Below are positions 10,047 to 22,114 of a stretch of 64,000 nucleotides of DNA, piece after piece. Position numbers and translations under genes: made by a program. How positions within the stretch are numbered: the stretch's first letter is position 1; every line of letters begins with the position of its first letter. A model generated the notes under the pieces. It did not search any database. It had not been told where the DNA came from and worked only from the letters and a program-made list of their open reading frames with translations. The stretch spans positions 96,001-160,000 of the forward strand of contig CAVWIP010000007.1 of assembly GCA_963755125.1 (NCBI GenBank), in the 5' to 3' direction. This DNA is from an uncultured delta proteobacterium (GTDB lineage: Bacteria; Myxococcota_A; Polyangia; Fen-1088).

Positions 10047-12002
10047 ATGCAGAATGCCGAGAGCACGGTGCGAGAGCCCGCTGGCGGCCGGCTGCTCGCG
10101 AAGGCAGATGTGCTCTTCGTGGGCACGGCTCTGCTTCTATCGATTCTGGTTGGCGTGGCGGTCGGTGGCCCCGACTATCTGCCGACCAATGACGGACCCA
10201 ACCATGTGTTCACCAGCTATGTCGCCCGTCATCTGGACGACCCAGCCGAGAGCTGGGGGCGCTACCTGCGTCCGGGCGCTGCGTTCTCGAACATCGGTTT
10301 CCACAGCCTGTATGGCTTCTGGATGCACTTCCTTTCGTGGCGCTCGGCGCTTCGTGCTTCACTGGTGACCATGGCGCTGCTGTGGGCCTGGGGCGTGGCG
10401 GCTCTCGCCGCAGCGTTGGGCCGCCGACGCCTCTGGCTGGGACTGTTTGGCTTTGCCGGCGCGGTTCAGTGGATCCTGTACATGGGGCTCTTCTCATTCT
10501 ATCTGTCCACGGCGTTCGGGTTTTTCGCGATCGCTCTGGCGATGTTCTGGCCATCCTGGCCGTGGTACAGGCGCGGGATGCTGGCAGCCTGCCTGCTCGG
10601 CCAGGGAATGCTCCACCCCGTCCCTGCCATGCTGACGGCGTCCGTAATCGCGGCCGTCGGCCTGTCGCGAGCGCGGTGGCAGGGGTGCTTGCGAGAGCTG
10701 GGCCGCCTGGTCCTGATGGGTGCGCCGCTGGTCTTGCTCGGTCTGGCCAACACCAACCATCTCCGCCCCGGCGCTGAGTCTTGGATCCCGTCGCTCGCGG
10801 AGCGGGCTGGGCTGGCCGTCCGCGCCTTCGTCTCTGGTCCGGCATGGCGATCGTGGACTATCATCGTCGCCGCCTTGGGCAGCGCGGGGCTGGCGCTTGC
10901 CGGCCGACGGTGGCGACAGGATCCAGCCGAGGGAGCGCTCCTCATGGTGGGAATCGCTTTTGCGGCCACGGCGGTGTTCGCACCTGTTCACCTGCCGGGC
11001 TGGCAATTCTTTAACATGCGCTTCTCTCCAGTGGCTGCAGTGCTGCTCGTGGTGCTGCTGCCGATCGAGAAGATATCCTCGGTCCGCCTGCGGGGTGCCG
11101 TCGCGGTCTCGCTCTTCGTCTATGCCACGGCCTCCAACGCATGGGCGATCGGCTACGGCCGGCGGTTGCGTGAAGCCAGCGTCGATCTGCTGTCCGGCCT
11201 CGATGCGCCGATCCGCCGGACGGGATTCCGACTGCCGCTCATCATCGAACCCCGCGCGGGCGAGCCACAGGAAAAGTGGGCGAGGACGATTCCGTACGCC
11301 ACCGCCAACTGGAACATGGGGTCGATCTTCGCGCTTGCCCAGGGCGGGGTCCCTATCTACACGTTCGCTGAGTCCGAGGACGTTCATCAGGTGTTGTGGC
11401 GCCCAGCCAGCCAGATCGGGCCGCTCCCACCACACCCGGAGCGAGGCTTTGAGTGGTGGCTCTCGGAGCCGGAGATACTGCGCGTGCCCGGAGCAAGAGA
11501 GAAAGAGGTCGTCCACCTGCTGTCATACGCGCCCTACTACGAAGACGTCATCTTCTACGGACGTCCTGAAGAGGTCGAATGGTTGCGTGCATGGCGCTTC
11601 CACATCGACTACCAGCGCGGTGGTCTGGCTATCGCGCGGTTTCAGGCCTGCCCGGTCGAGTTGGAGATCTTGCCCGACGAGCGCGGCCATCGCCCGACAC
11701 TTCTCCAGTTCGGGTGGGCACCGGCCGAGACGGCGACCTTCGTCATGAACCTGCCGCCCCAGCCAGGGGCCACGACGCCGCGCCGGATCCCGGTGGCCGA
11801 GAGTGGATGCGGCGAAGTCTGGTTTCGCGTGCTCTTCGATGAAGATCGTGACGGCCAGGCGTCTCCAGGGGACGCAACCTGCCGCGAGGCCAGCCCGGCC
11901 GGAGTCGTCTTCATTCCCTCGGGCTCCCGTCGGGCGATCTGTACCCCGTCCCAGGCCCTGCTCGTGCGCGCCACCGACACCAGCATACGTCCCGCTCGCT
12001 AG
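10047..12002 (+). CDS. Polytopic membrane protein, possible GT-C glycosyltransferase, with a C-terminal soluble domain
   Basis: About 10 hydrophobic segments, an acidic first loop (YLPTNDGPNH) and a C-terminal DEDRDG EF-hand-like loop. It lies among glycosylation genes; the function is inference. Confidence 0.6.
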   Translation: MQNAESTVREPAGGRLLAKADVLFVGTALLLSILVGVAVGGPDYLPTNDGPNHVFTSYVARHLDDPAESWGRYLRPGAAFSNIGFHSLYGFWMHFLSWRSALRASLVTMALLWAWGVAALAAALGRRRLWLGLFGFAGAVQWILYMGLFSFYLSTAFGFFAIALAMFWPSWPWYRRGMLAACLLGQGMLHPVPAMLTASVIAAVGLSRARWQGCLRELGRLVLMGAPLVLLGLANTNHLRPGAESWIPSLAERAGLAVRAFVSGPAWRSWTIIVAALGSAGLALAGRRWRQDPAEGALLMVGIAFAATAVFAPVHLPGWQFFNMRFSPVAAVLLVVLLPIEKISSVRLRGAVAVSLFVYATASNAWAIGYGRRLREASVDLLSGLDAPIRRTGFRLPLIIEPRAGEPQEKWARTIPYATANWNMGSIFALAQGGVPIYTFAESEDVHQVLWRPASQIGPLPPHPERGFEWWLSEPEILRVPGAREKEVVHLLSYAPYYEDVIFYGRPEEVEWLRAWRFHIDYQRGGLAIARFQACPVELEILPDERGHRPTLLQFGWAPAETATFVMNLPPQPGATTPRRIPVAESGCGEVWFRVLFDEDRDGQASPGDATCREASPAGVVFIPSGSRRAICTPSQALLVRATDTSIRPAR

Positions 12003-12073
12003 ACCACCGCACTTGGTGGGCAACCGCGGGATGCACTCAAGCTTCCGTGGCGTCGGGCCGGGGATGGGATAGC

Positions 12074-13069
12074 ATGGCCACCGTGCGCGACGGACTGCTT
12101 CCCTACCTGCGCTGCCCCCTCTGCCAAGGAAACCTCGCCCTCACGGCGGACGAGCGCGAGGGCCCGCACGTCATGCGGGGACACCTGCTCTGTTCCCCCT
12201 GCCGGCGCGACTACCCCATCGTCGGGGGCGTTCCGCGTCTCTTGTCGCGCGAGCTGCCGCCCGACATGGCGCACACCGCGCGCAACTTCGGTCAGTCGTG
12301 GCGAATGTGGAGCCAGATCCACGACGAGCGCTATCGCTGGCAGTTCTTGCGCTGGATGCAGCCGCTGCAGCCGGCGGATTTCGCCGATCGGCTGGTGCTC
12401 GACATGGGCTGCGGCAAGGGTCGGCATCTGCGGGTGGTCTCGCAGTTCGGTGCACGCGAGGTTATCGGCGTCGATCTCAGCGAGGCCGTGGATGTCGCTT
12501 TCGCCAACACGCGCGACATCGCCAGTGCGCACGTGGTCCAGGGTGACATCTTTCATCTGCCGGTGGTGCGCGACTTCGACCTGGCCTTCTCCATCGGCGT
12601 CATCCATCACACGCCCGATCCGGCCGGGGCCTTCGCGGTGCTGGCCGATCACGTGCGGCCGTGGGGCACGGTGGCCTGCTGGGTTTACGGCCGCGAGAAC
12701 AATGGCTGGATCGTCAACGCTGTGGATCCGGTTCGCGTCGGCGTCACCAGTCGCCTGCCGCCGTCGGCGGTGCGGGTCCTGTCATTCGGCCTGACTTCGG
12801 TCCTGTTCGCCGGCATCGGCCTGGTGTACCGGCCGCTCGGCAAGCTGGGCCTCAAGCCGTTCTATGCCGACTACCTGCTCTACCTGCGCGACCTCGGTTT
12901 TGCCGAGACCCACAACATCGTGTACGACCACCTGATCGCGCCCACCGCGGTCTACCTGCCGCGCGCCGAGGTCGAGCGCTGGTTCGACACCGCCGGCATC
13001 ACGGCGCGTTCGCTGACTTGGGTGCAGAACGTGAGCTGGGCCGGCGTGGGACGGAAACCCGCGGCTTGA
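12074..13069 (+). CDS. Class I SAM methyltransferase with N-terminal Trm112-like zinc ribbon
   Basis: LRCPLCQG...LLCSPCRRDYPIVGGVPRLL, then VLDMGCGKGRH and FSIGVIHHTPD. Confidence 0.88.
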   Translation: MATVRDGLLPYLRCPLCQGNLALTADEREGPHVMRGHLLCSPCRRDYPIVGGVPRLLSRELPPDMAHTARNFGQSWRMWSQIHDERYRWQFLRWMQPLQPADFADRLVLDMGCGKGRHLRVVSQFGAREVIGVDLSEAVDVAFANTRDIASAHVVQGDIFHLPVVRDFDLAFSIGVIHHTPDPAGAFAVLADHVRPWGTVACWVYGRENNGWIVNAVDPVRVGVTSRLPPSAVRVLSFGLTSVLFAGIGLVYRPLGKLGLKPFYADYLLYLRDLGFAETHNIVYDHLIAPTAVYLPRAEVERWFDTAGITARSLTWVQNVSWAGVGRKPAA

Positions 13070-13114
13070 CCTGGCCCCGGCCGCCGTCGAGGATTTCCGC
13101 GCGGGTCGAGCCTG

Positions 13115-14020
13115 CTAGCGCGGGCGCGCGAGTACGAGGATCGACGTGCCGAGGGGAAGGTTCCCGTATCGCAGCCAGCCGCGCTCGGGCGCCAGCAGGC
13201 CCAAGACCAGCCCGCTCAGTGCCCGCGAGGTCTTGGCCTCAGCCAGATCGGTGATGGCGCCGGGCGGGTCGATCCGGCCGCCCAGCTTGCGCCCTGCGAG
13301 CCGTAGCGCCTTCACCGCGGCCGCGGCGAAGAAGAGCGGAAAAAAGAAGCAGGTCGTGCGGATCGCCTGGAAGCCGGTGTCCTCGCACAGCCTGCGCGCG
13401 GCGGTCAGCGTGTAGCGGCGCTTGTGCTTCTCCAGATCGTCCCACGGCGACCACAGCGCGGGGAAAGCCGGCACGGTGAACAGCACGAAGTCGTAACACT
13501 CGGGGCCGCAGCCAGTCTGGGCACGCCTGGCGGCAGCGTCCTGCATGCGGTCGTGCAGGGCCCGCATCACAGCCACGTCGTCGGGTAGGTGTTCCAGTAC
13601 GTCGAGCAACAGATATCCGTGGTAGTCGTCGACCGGAAAACCGCGCGTGATATCGACGCGGATGAAGCGGGGCGCGGGCGCCCGCGAGCCCATGGTCGCC
13701 TGGAAGCGCTGACGGGCGACCTGCAAGGCCTCGGTGTGTACGTCGGCATAGTCCACCCGGTAGCCGTGCTGGTTGAGATGGGTCGCCACGACCCCTGCGC
13801 CACAGCCCAGGTCGACCAGCGGGCGGCGGCGATCGGTGGAGTGGCCCTGCAGGATCTGCAGGATCACGGTCTTGCGGTAGCGGTGCCAGTAGTGCTGGTC
13901 TTCCAGCCAACTCCGGATCTCGAATTCACGCCGATCGAAGTACGCGTCGAGATCCTTGCCAGACTCGCCGATGAGATCGATGACGTCGGACCCCGGCAGG
14001 CATTGAGACGGCTGCGACAT
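13115..14020 (-). CDS. Class I SAM-dependent methyltransferase (glycan-cluster type)
   Basis: LVDLGCGAG, LLDVLEHLPDD, TVPAFPALWSPWD..HKRRY and LPLGTSI. Confidence 0.87.
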   Translation of the reverse strand: MSQPSQCLPGSDVIDLIGESGKDLDAYFDRREFEIRSWLEDQHYWHRYRKTVILQILQGHSTDRRRPLVDLGCGAGVVATHLNQHGYRVDYADVHTEALQVARQRFQATMGSRAPAPRFIRVDITRGFPVDDYHGYLLLDVLEHLPDDVAVMRALHDRMQDAAARRAQTGCGPECYDFVLFTVPAFPALWSPWDDLEKHKRRYTLTAARRLCEDTGFQAIRTTCFFFPLFFAAAAVKALRLAGRKLGGRIDPPGAITDLAEAKTSRALSGLVLGLLAPERGWLRYGNLPLGTSILVLARPR

Positions 14021-14154
14021 CGCACGGCCACGTTGGCACAACCCCGGGCGGAAGGCTACTCCAGCACTGCACAGCGATCGCACGAGGGCCGTACCAGCCA
14101 GCCGTCGCTGGGAAAGCATCGGTGCGAAGGGATCGGGTGTATCATCACGAGGTC

Positions 14155-15165
14155 GTGGATCGCACGCGTTCGGTTTCCATCGTCGTCCCCTGCTACAACG
14201 AAGCGGAATCGCTGCCCCACCTTCTGTCCAAGCTGGACGCCGCGGTCGCCGACCTGGCCGCGCACGGCATCAAGGCGGAGGCCATCTTGGTCGACGACGG
14301 CAGCCACGACGGGTCGCCGACCATCCTGCGCGAGGCGACGGGAACGCGCCCTTACCTGACCGTGATCGGGCTGGCGCGAAACTTCGGGCAGACCGCCGCC
14401 ATGTCCGCGGGATTTGATGCCGCCCGCTCGCAGGTGGTGGTGCCTCTCGACGCTGACCTACAGAACGATCCTGCCGACGTGCGCACCCTGGTGGACAAGC
14501 TGGACCAGGGATACGACGTGGTGTCGGGCTGGCGTCGCCGCAGGAAGGACACCTTGATCACGCGGAAGGTCCCTTCCTGGCTTGCCAATGCTCTCATCTC
14601 GGCGGCATCGGGGGTGCGGCTGCACGACTACGGTTGCACGCTCAAGGCGTACCGCCGGCCCGTCCTGCAGGGCATCCACCTGTATGGCGAAATGCACCGG
14701 TTTATCCCGGTATACGCCGCGCACCGCGGGGCCCGCGTGGCTGAGGTCGAGGTGAGCCACCATGCGCGCAAGCACGGCCAGAGCAAGTACGGCCTGGGGC
14801 GCGTGCCCAACGTCGTTCTCGACCTGCTGCTGTCACAGATGCTGTGGAAGTACGGCACCAAGCCCATGCACATCTTCGGCAAGTTCGGCCTGCTCAGCAT
14901 GCTGGGCGCACTTGTTTTTTTCGCCGCGATGGTCTGGTACAAGTTTTGGGGCGAGAAGGATTTTGTTGCGACGCCGTTGCCCCTGCTGGTGGTGGTGTCC
15001 TTCCTGGTCGGCTGCCTGTCCATCCTGATGGGGCTGCTGGCCGAGATAACCATGCGCACGTACTACGAGGCGTCGCAGACAGCCACCTACGTGGTGCGCG
15101 ACATCTGTCGCGGCGGCCAGGTCAGCGAGGGTCCGGCCGCGCCGCCATCAATCCCGTTTGCCTGA
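14155..15165 (+). CDS. GT2 polyprenol-phosphate glycosyltransferase (ArnC/GtrB-like)
   Basis: SIVVPCYNEAESL, VDDGSHD, RNFGQTAAM, LDADLQNDP and GEMHRFIP, with two C-terminal TM helices. Confidence 0.92.
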   Translation: MDRTRSVSIVVPCYNEAESLPHLLSKLDAAVADLAAHGIKAEAILVDDGSHDGSPTILREATGTRPYLTVIGLARNFGQTAAMSAGFDAARSQVVVPLDADLQNDPADVRTLVDKLDQGYDVVSGWRRRRKDTLITRKVPSWLANALISAASGVRLHDYGCTLKAYRRPVLQGIHLYGEMHRFIPVYAAHRGARVAEVEVSHHARKHGQSKYGLGRVPNVVLDLLLSQMLWKYGTKPMHIFGKFGLLSMLGALVFFAAMVWYKFWGEKDFVATPLPLLVVVSFLVGCLSILMGLLAEITMRTYYEASQTATYVVRDICRGGQVSEGPAAPPSIPFA

Positions 15166-15295
15166 CTCCTCGGCGCGTGGCGAGCACCTACTGGCGCCGG
15201 TACGTGGCGGACGGGAATACTCTGGCTACCGGATGCGCACCCTCACGTCAACCTGAGGAATGTACGGCTGCGGGGGCGGTTGGCTGGCCGCGCGC

Positions 15296-16780
15296 TCAGT
15301 TACCCACGGACGCCATCTCGTACAGCCCGATGCCCCTTTCCGCGGCGATCCTCCCGGTCACCAGCAGCTCGGGGGCGCGGGCGAGCACGCCGTCGGGGAC
15401 GGCGACGACCAGTCGGCCGGGCGGCCAGGGCGGCCCTTTCACGACGGTGTGGTCGCCGGCGAAGACGTCGACGTCGCCGACGATCACCGCCATTCGCGCC
15501 GACGTCGTCAGCAGCCGCCAGCGATGGTCGGCGTGGTAGCCGAGGGCAGGCGCGTAGAAGTCGAGCGAGTAGACCGGCTCACTGGGGGCGAGAACGGCGG
15601 CGGCGGAGCGTCCGAGCGCGACCAACTGCGGCGCCGGCAGGACGCTGCCGTCGAACGGCGGCTGGCTCAGCCCGGTGCTGACCAGAACCAGCGCCGCCGC
15701 CGGCGCCACGACCGCCGCCAGCGCGCCCCTGCCGCGCCGTTCCGCCGCCTCCTGGAGCCGGGCAACGACGCCTCCGGCGCACAGGCCGAGCGCCGGGTAG
15801 ACGGGCAGGAGGTAGTGGGCGAGGCGCGTGCCGAGGAGCGACAGGCAAGCGAGGACGACGAGGACATAGCTCGCCGGCACGAGCAGCGCGCTCTCGCCGC
15901 CGCGGCGTTCGCGCAGGCCGAAGACCGTCGCCGCGACCAGCACGGCGACCGCCGCCAACGCGAAGGCCCAGCCCTCGTCGCGGACGATGTGGACGACGTA
16001 GGCGCCCGCGCCGCCGGACAAACCGACCCCGGGCAGCTCGCCCCAGGCGCGCGCCAGCAGCACTTGGCCGAAGTGGTCGTGGAGGAAATAGCGCCCGAAG
16101 CGGACGAAGCTGTAAACGTAGTAGGGCGCAGCAAGCGCGACGAGGACCGCGCCGCCGACGAGGAGCGGGCGGACGGCCGCGCGGCGATGGCGGCGGACCG
16201 CCGCGAGCAGCCATGGCGCCAACGCCAGCGCCGGGATCGCGGCGGCGAGGCTCTTGGTTGCCAGCGCCAGCCCGAGCGCAGCACCGACCCACACCAGCGG
16301 CCGCGGCGACGCCAAGGCGACGGCCGTTGCGACCACTGCCGCGGTGCAGGCGAGCACGAACGGCGGGTCGGACCAGGCCAGCCGCCCGTAAGTGAGCCAT
16401 GCCGGCGCCGCGGCGACGGAGAGCATCGCCACCGCCGCCGCGGCCGCCCGGCGGTGGAGCCGGAACACCGCGAGCCCGACCAGCAGGGTCGTCAGCCAGG
16501 AGAGCAGCACCGGCAAGAGACGCAACCCCGCCGCGCCGGGGACCACGCGCGCGACCAGCGCATAGGCCGCGACCGGCCACACCGGCCGCTGCGTCACGAC
16601 GGCGTCGTGGTAGCGGAGCGTGAGGTAGTCGCCTGTCGCGTGCATCGACCGCACGAACTCGGCGTAGATCGCCTCGTCGCCGTTGCCCACCGGGGCGCCG
16701 AGGTCGTTCGTCAGTAGGACGAGGACCACCGCGGCGGCGAGGAAGATCGCGAACAGTCCGTCCAGATGGCAGCGGCGCAC
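15296..16780 (-). CDS. ArnT/PMT-like (GT-C) membrane glycosyltransferase
   Basis: GDEAIYAEFVRSMHATGDYLTL acidic loop, LALATKS and HYLLPVYPALGL, with many TM helices. Confidence 0.82.
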   Translation of the reverse strand: MRRCHLDGLFAIFLAAAVVLVLLTNDLGAPVGNGDEAIYAEFVRSMHATGDYLTLRYHDAVVTQRPVWPVAAYALVARVVPGAAGLRLLPVLLSWLTTLLVGLAVFRLHRRAAAAAVAMLSVAAAPAWLTYGRLAWSDPPFVLACTAAVVATAVALASPRPLVWVGAALGLALATKSLAAAIPALALAPWLLAAVRRHRRAAVRPLLVGGAVLVALAAPYYVYSFVRFGRYFLHDHFGQVLLARAWGELPGVGLSGGAGAYVVHIVRDEGWAFALAAVAVLVAATVFGLRERRGGESALLVPASYVLVVLACLSLLGTRLAHYLLPVYPALGLCAGGVVARLQEAAERRGRGALAAVVAPAAALVLVSTGLSQPPFDGSVLPAPQLVALGRSAAAVLAPSEPVYSLDFYAPALGYHADHRWRLLTTSARMAVIVGDVDVFAGDHTVVKGPPWPPGRLVVAVPDGVLARAPELLVTGRIAAERGIGLYEMASVGN

Positions 16781-16938
16781 GCCCGCAGCTTAGGGGGACA
16801 GGCTCGTCGATCGCAAGACCCGAAAGAAACTTGTCGTTGACGGGTGTTTTCCGACGATAGCGATGATGGACAGCGGGCCTGCCCGGCATGTCTCGCCATC
16901 GTGCACGATCGCACAATGGCGAACACTGCGCACCGCCA

Positions 16939-18855
16939 TCAGGCCCAGCGGCCCAGCCAGCGTTCGAACGTCAGCAGCGTCCACAGGGCCTTGCGCCGGT
17001 CGCGGCGGCCGGTGAGATGGTCTTCGATCAAGCGCTGGACGTGGTCGGGCTGGAAGAAACCCTCGTGGCGTAACTTGTCTGGCGCCAGCTCGTCGCGCAG
17101 CATGGGCGCCAGATCCTCGCGCATCCAGCGCGCCACGGGCACGCTGAAGCCCTGCTTGCGCCGTCGTAGGATGGCGTCAGGCAGACGGCCGCGCATGGCC
17201 TTCTTCAGGACGAACTTCGCGGTCAGTCGGCGCTGGCGCAGTTGCACCGGCAGACGGCACGCAAACTCAACCACCGCGGTGTCGAGGAAGGGCGCACGCA
17301 CCTCCAGTCCCACCGCACCCGCCGCCCGATCCACCTTGGTGTTCACGTCATCGGGCAAGTAGAAGCGCGCGTAGAAATCCATCAAACGATCCCAGGGAAG
17401 CCGGGCCGGGCCGTCGCGTTCGCGGCGGTCCACGTCGTCCAGCGGATCCCCACCCGCGGCCTGCAGCACCTCGGGAACCAGCAGTGCGCCCAGCTCCTCG
17501 GGAAGGAACGACGCCATCCAGCGCTGGTGGCGGCGCGGGCCGGCCACCGGGCCGCCGCGCAGGAACTGGCGGATCTGGAAATCCAGGCTGAAGTAGCCGG
17601 TGCGCGCAGGCAGCAGCCGGGCCACGCGCTCGATCAGACTGCGGGCCGGGGCCGGCGCGCGGTCGAAGAACAGACGGCCAAAGGGTTCAGCGCGGAAGGT
17701 CTGGTAGCCGGCAAACAGCTCGTCGCTGCCGTCCCCGCCCAGCGCAACCGTGACGTGGCGACGGGTGAAGGTGGACAGCAGATAGGTGGGCACGATGGAC
17801 GCGTCGGCCAGCGGCTCGTCGAGAAAATCCGTTACCATGGGCAGAATGTCGAGCAGCGCGCGGGCATCCAGGCGTTCCTCGCTGTGCTCCGTGCCCAGGT
17901 AGGCCGCCACGGCCCGGGCGTGGCTGGTCTCGTCGAACGACGCATCCGAGAATCCGACCGAGAAGGTGCGCACGCGGCTCGCACCGGCCAACTCGGCGGC
18001 AAAGGCCGCCACCGTCGACGAGTCGATGCCGCCTGACAGGAACACACCCACCGGCACGTCGGCGACCAGACGGCGCGCGACTGCGTTGCGCAGCAGAGTG
18101 CGCAGGCGCTCGGCCGCTTCGTCCTCGCCCCAGCCGGCCGGCTTGTCGGCAAAGGGTAGCTCCCAGTAACGATCGATGCGCGGCTCGACCGCGCCCGTGG
18201 CGGCCACCTGCAGCACCAGGCGGTGAGCTGCGGGCAGCTTGCTGGTTCCGCGGAAGATGGCCTGGGGGGCGGGTACGTACTCGTAGGCCAGGTAGCGGGA
18301 CAGCGCAGCCGGGTCCACGCTACGGTCGAATCCGGGAATGCAGGCCAGCGCCTTCAGCTCGGAGGCAAAGGCAAACAGAGGAGGGCCCCCGCTCCGGCCG
18401 ATGCACGCGTGATACAGGGGCTTTTTGCCCATGCGGTCGCGCGCGGCCAGCAACCGGCGGCGCCGCGCATCCCACAGCCCGAACGCGAACATGCCGTCGA
18501 TGCGTTCGACCACGGCGTCGCCCCACTCCTCGTAGCCGTGCACCAGCACCTCGGTGTCGGTGCGCGAACGGAAACGGTGGCCACGCGCCTGCAGCTCCGC
18601 GCGCAACTCGACGAAGTTGTAGATCTCGCCGTTGAAGACGACCTGGACCGTGCCGTCCTCGTTGCCGAGCGGCTGCTCCGCGGCCGACGAGAGATCGATG
18701 ACGGCCAGGCGCCGGTGGCCCAGCCCCACGCCGGGCGCGCACCAAATGCCCTCGCCGTCCGGGCCGCGCGGGGCCAGGGCGCGGACCATCGCCGACAGCA
18801 CCGCCTGCGGGATGGGAGCACCCGCTGGATCGATGAGGCCGGCAATTCCACACAT
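16939..18855 (-). CDS. asnB: Asparagine synthase-family glutamine amidotransferase
   Basis: N-terminal MCGIAG, HRRLAVID, FNGEIYN, LSGGIDSS, GDGSDELFAGY and RRKQGF. Context suggests glycan amidation. Confidence 0.93.
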   Translation of the reverse strand: MCGIAGLIDPAGAPIPQAVLSAMVRALAPRGPDGEGIWCAPGVGLGHRRLAVIDLSSAAEQPLGNEDGTVQVVFNGEIYNFVELRAELQARGHRFRSRTDTEVLVHGYEEWGDAVVERIDGMFAFGLWDARRRRLLAARDRMGKKPLYHACIGRSGGPPLFAFASELKALACIPGFDRSVDPAALSRYLAYEYVPAPQAIFRGTSKLPAAHRLVLQVAATGAVEPRIDRYWELPFADKPAGWGEDEAAERLRTLLRNAVARRLVADVPVGVFLSGGIDSSTVAAFAAELAGASRVRTFSVGFSDASFDETSHARAVAAYLGTEHSEERLDARALLDILPMVTDFLDEPLADASIVPTYLLSTFTRRHVTVALGGDGSDELFAGYQTFRAEPFGRLFFDRAPAPARSLIERVARLLPARTGYFSLDFQIRQFLRGGPVAGPRRHQRWMASFLPEELGALLVPEVLQAAGGDPLDDVDRRERDGPARLPWDRLMDFYARFYLPDDVNTKVDRAAGAVGLEVRAPFLDTAVVEFACRLPVQLRQRRLTAKFVLKKAMRGRLPDAILRRRKQGFSVPVARWMREDLAPMLRDELAPDKLRHEGFFQPDHVQRLIEDHLTGRRDRRKALWTLLTFERWLGRWA

Positions 18856-19097
18856 GCTGCGTGCGATCTCCGCGGCTCGACAGCAGCCCGACGACTACAA
18901 TCGTTCTACTTGCCGCGCATCCAGAATCGCCGAAAGCCGCGCCTCTGTCTACGTCAAGCACGCGCGAGCGTCGCAGGCCCTGGATGGCTGCTGGCACGTG
19001 CCCGAAGCCGTCGCATCCAGCGCCGCGCATACTGAGCCTCCGCCGCCACAGTCCTGCTATCCTTCAACGCGGAACCGGAACATCGGAACAAACAGCT

Positions 19098-20072
19098 ATG
19101 GCGAATGAGAAGCAGGATGGGAAGCCGGTGGAGCGACAGCCGGATGTCGCTCCAGTGCCGGCTGCCATTAGCGATCTCGGGAGCGACTTCTACCGCGAAC
19201 TGCTCGATCACCTGGACGACTGCGTCTACTTCGTGGATCGGGATCGCCGCCTCTTGTTCTGGAACAGGGCCGCGGAGGAGCTGACCGGGTTCGCGCGCAG
19301 TGAGGTCGTGGGCCGCCGCTGCCCCGACAACATCCTGTGCCATGCGGACGTGAACGGCCGCGCCCTTTGCACCGATGGCTGCCCGCTGGAGCAGGTGATG
19401 ACCACCGGCAAATCCGACCAGGTCGACGTGTTCCTTCGCCACAAGGACGGGCACCGGGTTCCGGTGCGGGTCAAGGCCACCCCCATCCTGGACGCCCAGG
19501 GCCGCGCGGTGGGCGCTGTGGAGGTATTCAACCATCGCGTGGCGCACATCGAGCAGGCCCAACGAATCAAGGAACTGGAGCGCTTGGCACTGGTCGACGA
19601 GTTGACCCGCCTGCCCAACCGGAGGCACTTCGACGACCATCTCGGCCACCGGCTGGCGGAGTTGCAGCGGCACGGCCGGCCTTTCGGCGTTCTGATGATG
19701 GACGTGGACCTGTTCAAGCAGGTGAACGACGAACACGGCCACGAGATCGGGGACGCGATTCTGAGGCTGGTAGCGCGTACTCTCGACGCAAGCTGTCGCG
19801 CCTTCGACATCGTGGCGCGCTGGGGCGGCGAGGAGTTCGCCGCCATCATTTCGCACGTCGACGCCCGGCAACTGGTGCTGGTGGCCGAGAAGTTCCGCGC
19901 CATGGTGGCGGCCAGCGGCCTGCGCCTGCCCGAGCAGTCCCTGGGCGTCACCATCTCGGTCGGTGCCGCGGCCGCCCAGGCCGACGACACCGCCGAGACC
20001 CTGATCAGGCGCGCCGATCAGTCGCTGTACGAGGCCAAGCGCCTGGGGCGCAACCGCGTGTGCCTGGGGTAG
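19098..20072 (+). CDS. PAS-GGDEF diguanylate cyclase
   Basis: PAS (WNRAAEELTGF, RHKDG), DELTRLPNRR, DVDLFKQVND, RxxD I-site (RAFD) and RWGGEEF. Confidence 0.93.
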   Translation: MANEKQDGKPVERQPDVAPVPAAISDLGSDFYRELLDHLDDCVYFVDRDRRLLFWNRAAEELTGFARSEVVGRRCPDNILCHADVNGRALCTDGCPLEQVMTTGKSDQVDVFLRHKDGHRVPVRVKATPILDAQGRAVGAVEVFNHRVAHIEQAQRIKELERLALVDELTRLPNRRHFDDHLGHRLAELQRHGRPFGVLMMDVDLFKQVNDEHGHEIGDAILRLVARTLDASCRAFDIVARWGGEEFAAIISHVDARQLVLVAEKFRAMVAASGLRLPEQSLGVTISVGAAAAQADDTAETLIRRADQSLYEAKRLGRNRVCLG

Positions 20073-20085
20073 CGGGCTCGCGCAG

Positions 20086-21477
<1,392 letters not shown>

Positions 21478-21480
21478 CGG

Positions 21481-22104
<624 letters not shown>

Positions 22105-22114
22105 GCTGCGCAGA

